Source: Ptychomitrium polyphyllum (Eukaryota). From it: 64,000 nucleotides of DNA. Made by a program: the position numbers and the translations under genes. This document shows, one piece after another, positions 63,831 to 64,000 of the stretch (positions within the stretch are counted from its first letter, which is position 1; each line of letters opens with the position of its first letter). The notes under the pieces were generated by a model. That model made no database searches, was not told where the DNA came from, and saw only the letters and a program-made list of their open reading frames with translations. The stretch lies in assembly GCA_973851085.1 (NCBI GenBank), contig OZ316776.1, positions 2,232,001 through 2,296,000 on the forward strand, given 5' to 3'.

Positions 63831-64000
63831 ATGGCGGCCAGGAGCTGTTCGCGCAAGGCCGTGCAGCAGGTGACGCAGCGGTTGTACTTGTACCGGGTGG
63901 GTGGGCAGCGCTTCTACTCCGCCGCGGCAGCGGAGGGAGAGAATGATGTGGTCGTCGTGGGAGGAGGCCCCGGCGGGTACGTCGCGGCCATCAAGGCTGC
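63831..64000 (+). CDS. mtLPD: Mitochondrial dihydrolipoamide dehydrogenase, 5' end (runs off the window)
   Basis: Arg-rich presequence MAARSCSRKAVQQVTQRLYLYRVGGQRFYS, then ENDVVVVGGGPGGYVAAIKA (FAD-binding GxGxxG). Confidence 0.9.
   Translation, partial: MAARSCSRKAVQQVTQRLYLYRVGGQRFYSAAAAEGENDVVVVGGGPGGYVAAIKA

Noticed and set aside
3949..64000. Apparent clustering of organelle-targeted genes (cpFtsY, NDUFS1, PEC-type channel, CURT1, mtLPD)
   Set aside because: Different organelles and pathways interspersed with unrelated genes; consistent with chance.

Overview
Eukaryotic, intron-rich land-plant nuclear DNA, most likely a moss. This is an inference from gene content, notably a kinase-NLR architecture typical of mosses. 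Most ORF-track entries are single exons or shadow ORFs. Spliced genes reconstructed by hand, in order: cpFtsY (+); a ~12 kb GC-rich island holding the complex I 75-kDa subunit (+), IMPDH (-) and a ZFPL1-like zinc-finger gene (+); a TPR-SET methyltransferase (+); a ~9 kb block of broken genes; VPS38/UVRAG (-); a POLLUX-like (PEC-type) channel (+); CURT1C-like (+); and the 5' end of mitochondrial lipoamide dehydrogenase (+). The broken-gene block holds an MLKL-like helical bundle-kinase-NB pseudogene, an adjoining headless Ig-like/PH-like gene on the same strand, and a convergent 3' Sec24A fragment. The most interesting items are the 4HB-kinase-NB chimeric locus, the GC island with GC-rich introns, and a 56-bp duplication of a splice acceptor in the channel gene. 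No rRNA, tRNA, CRISPR array or intact transposon could be supported. Homology calls come from recognised motifs, not database searches.
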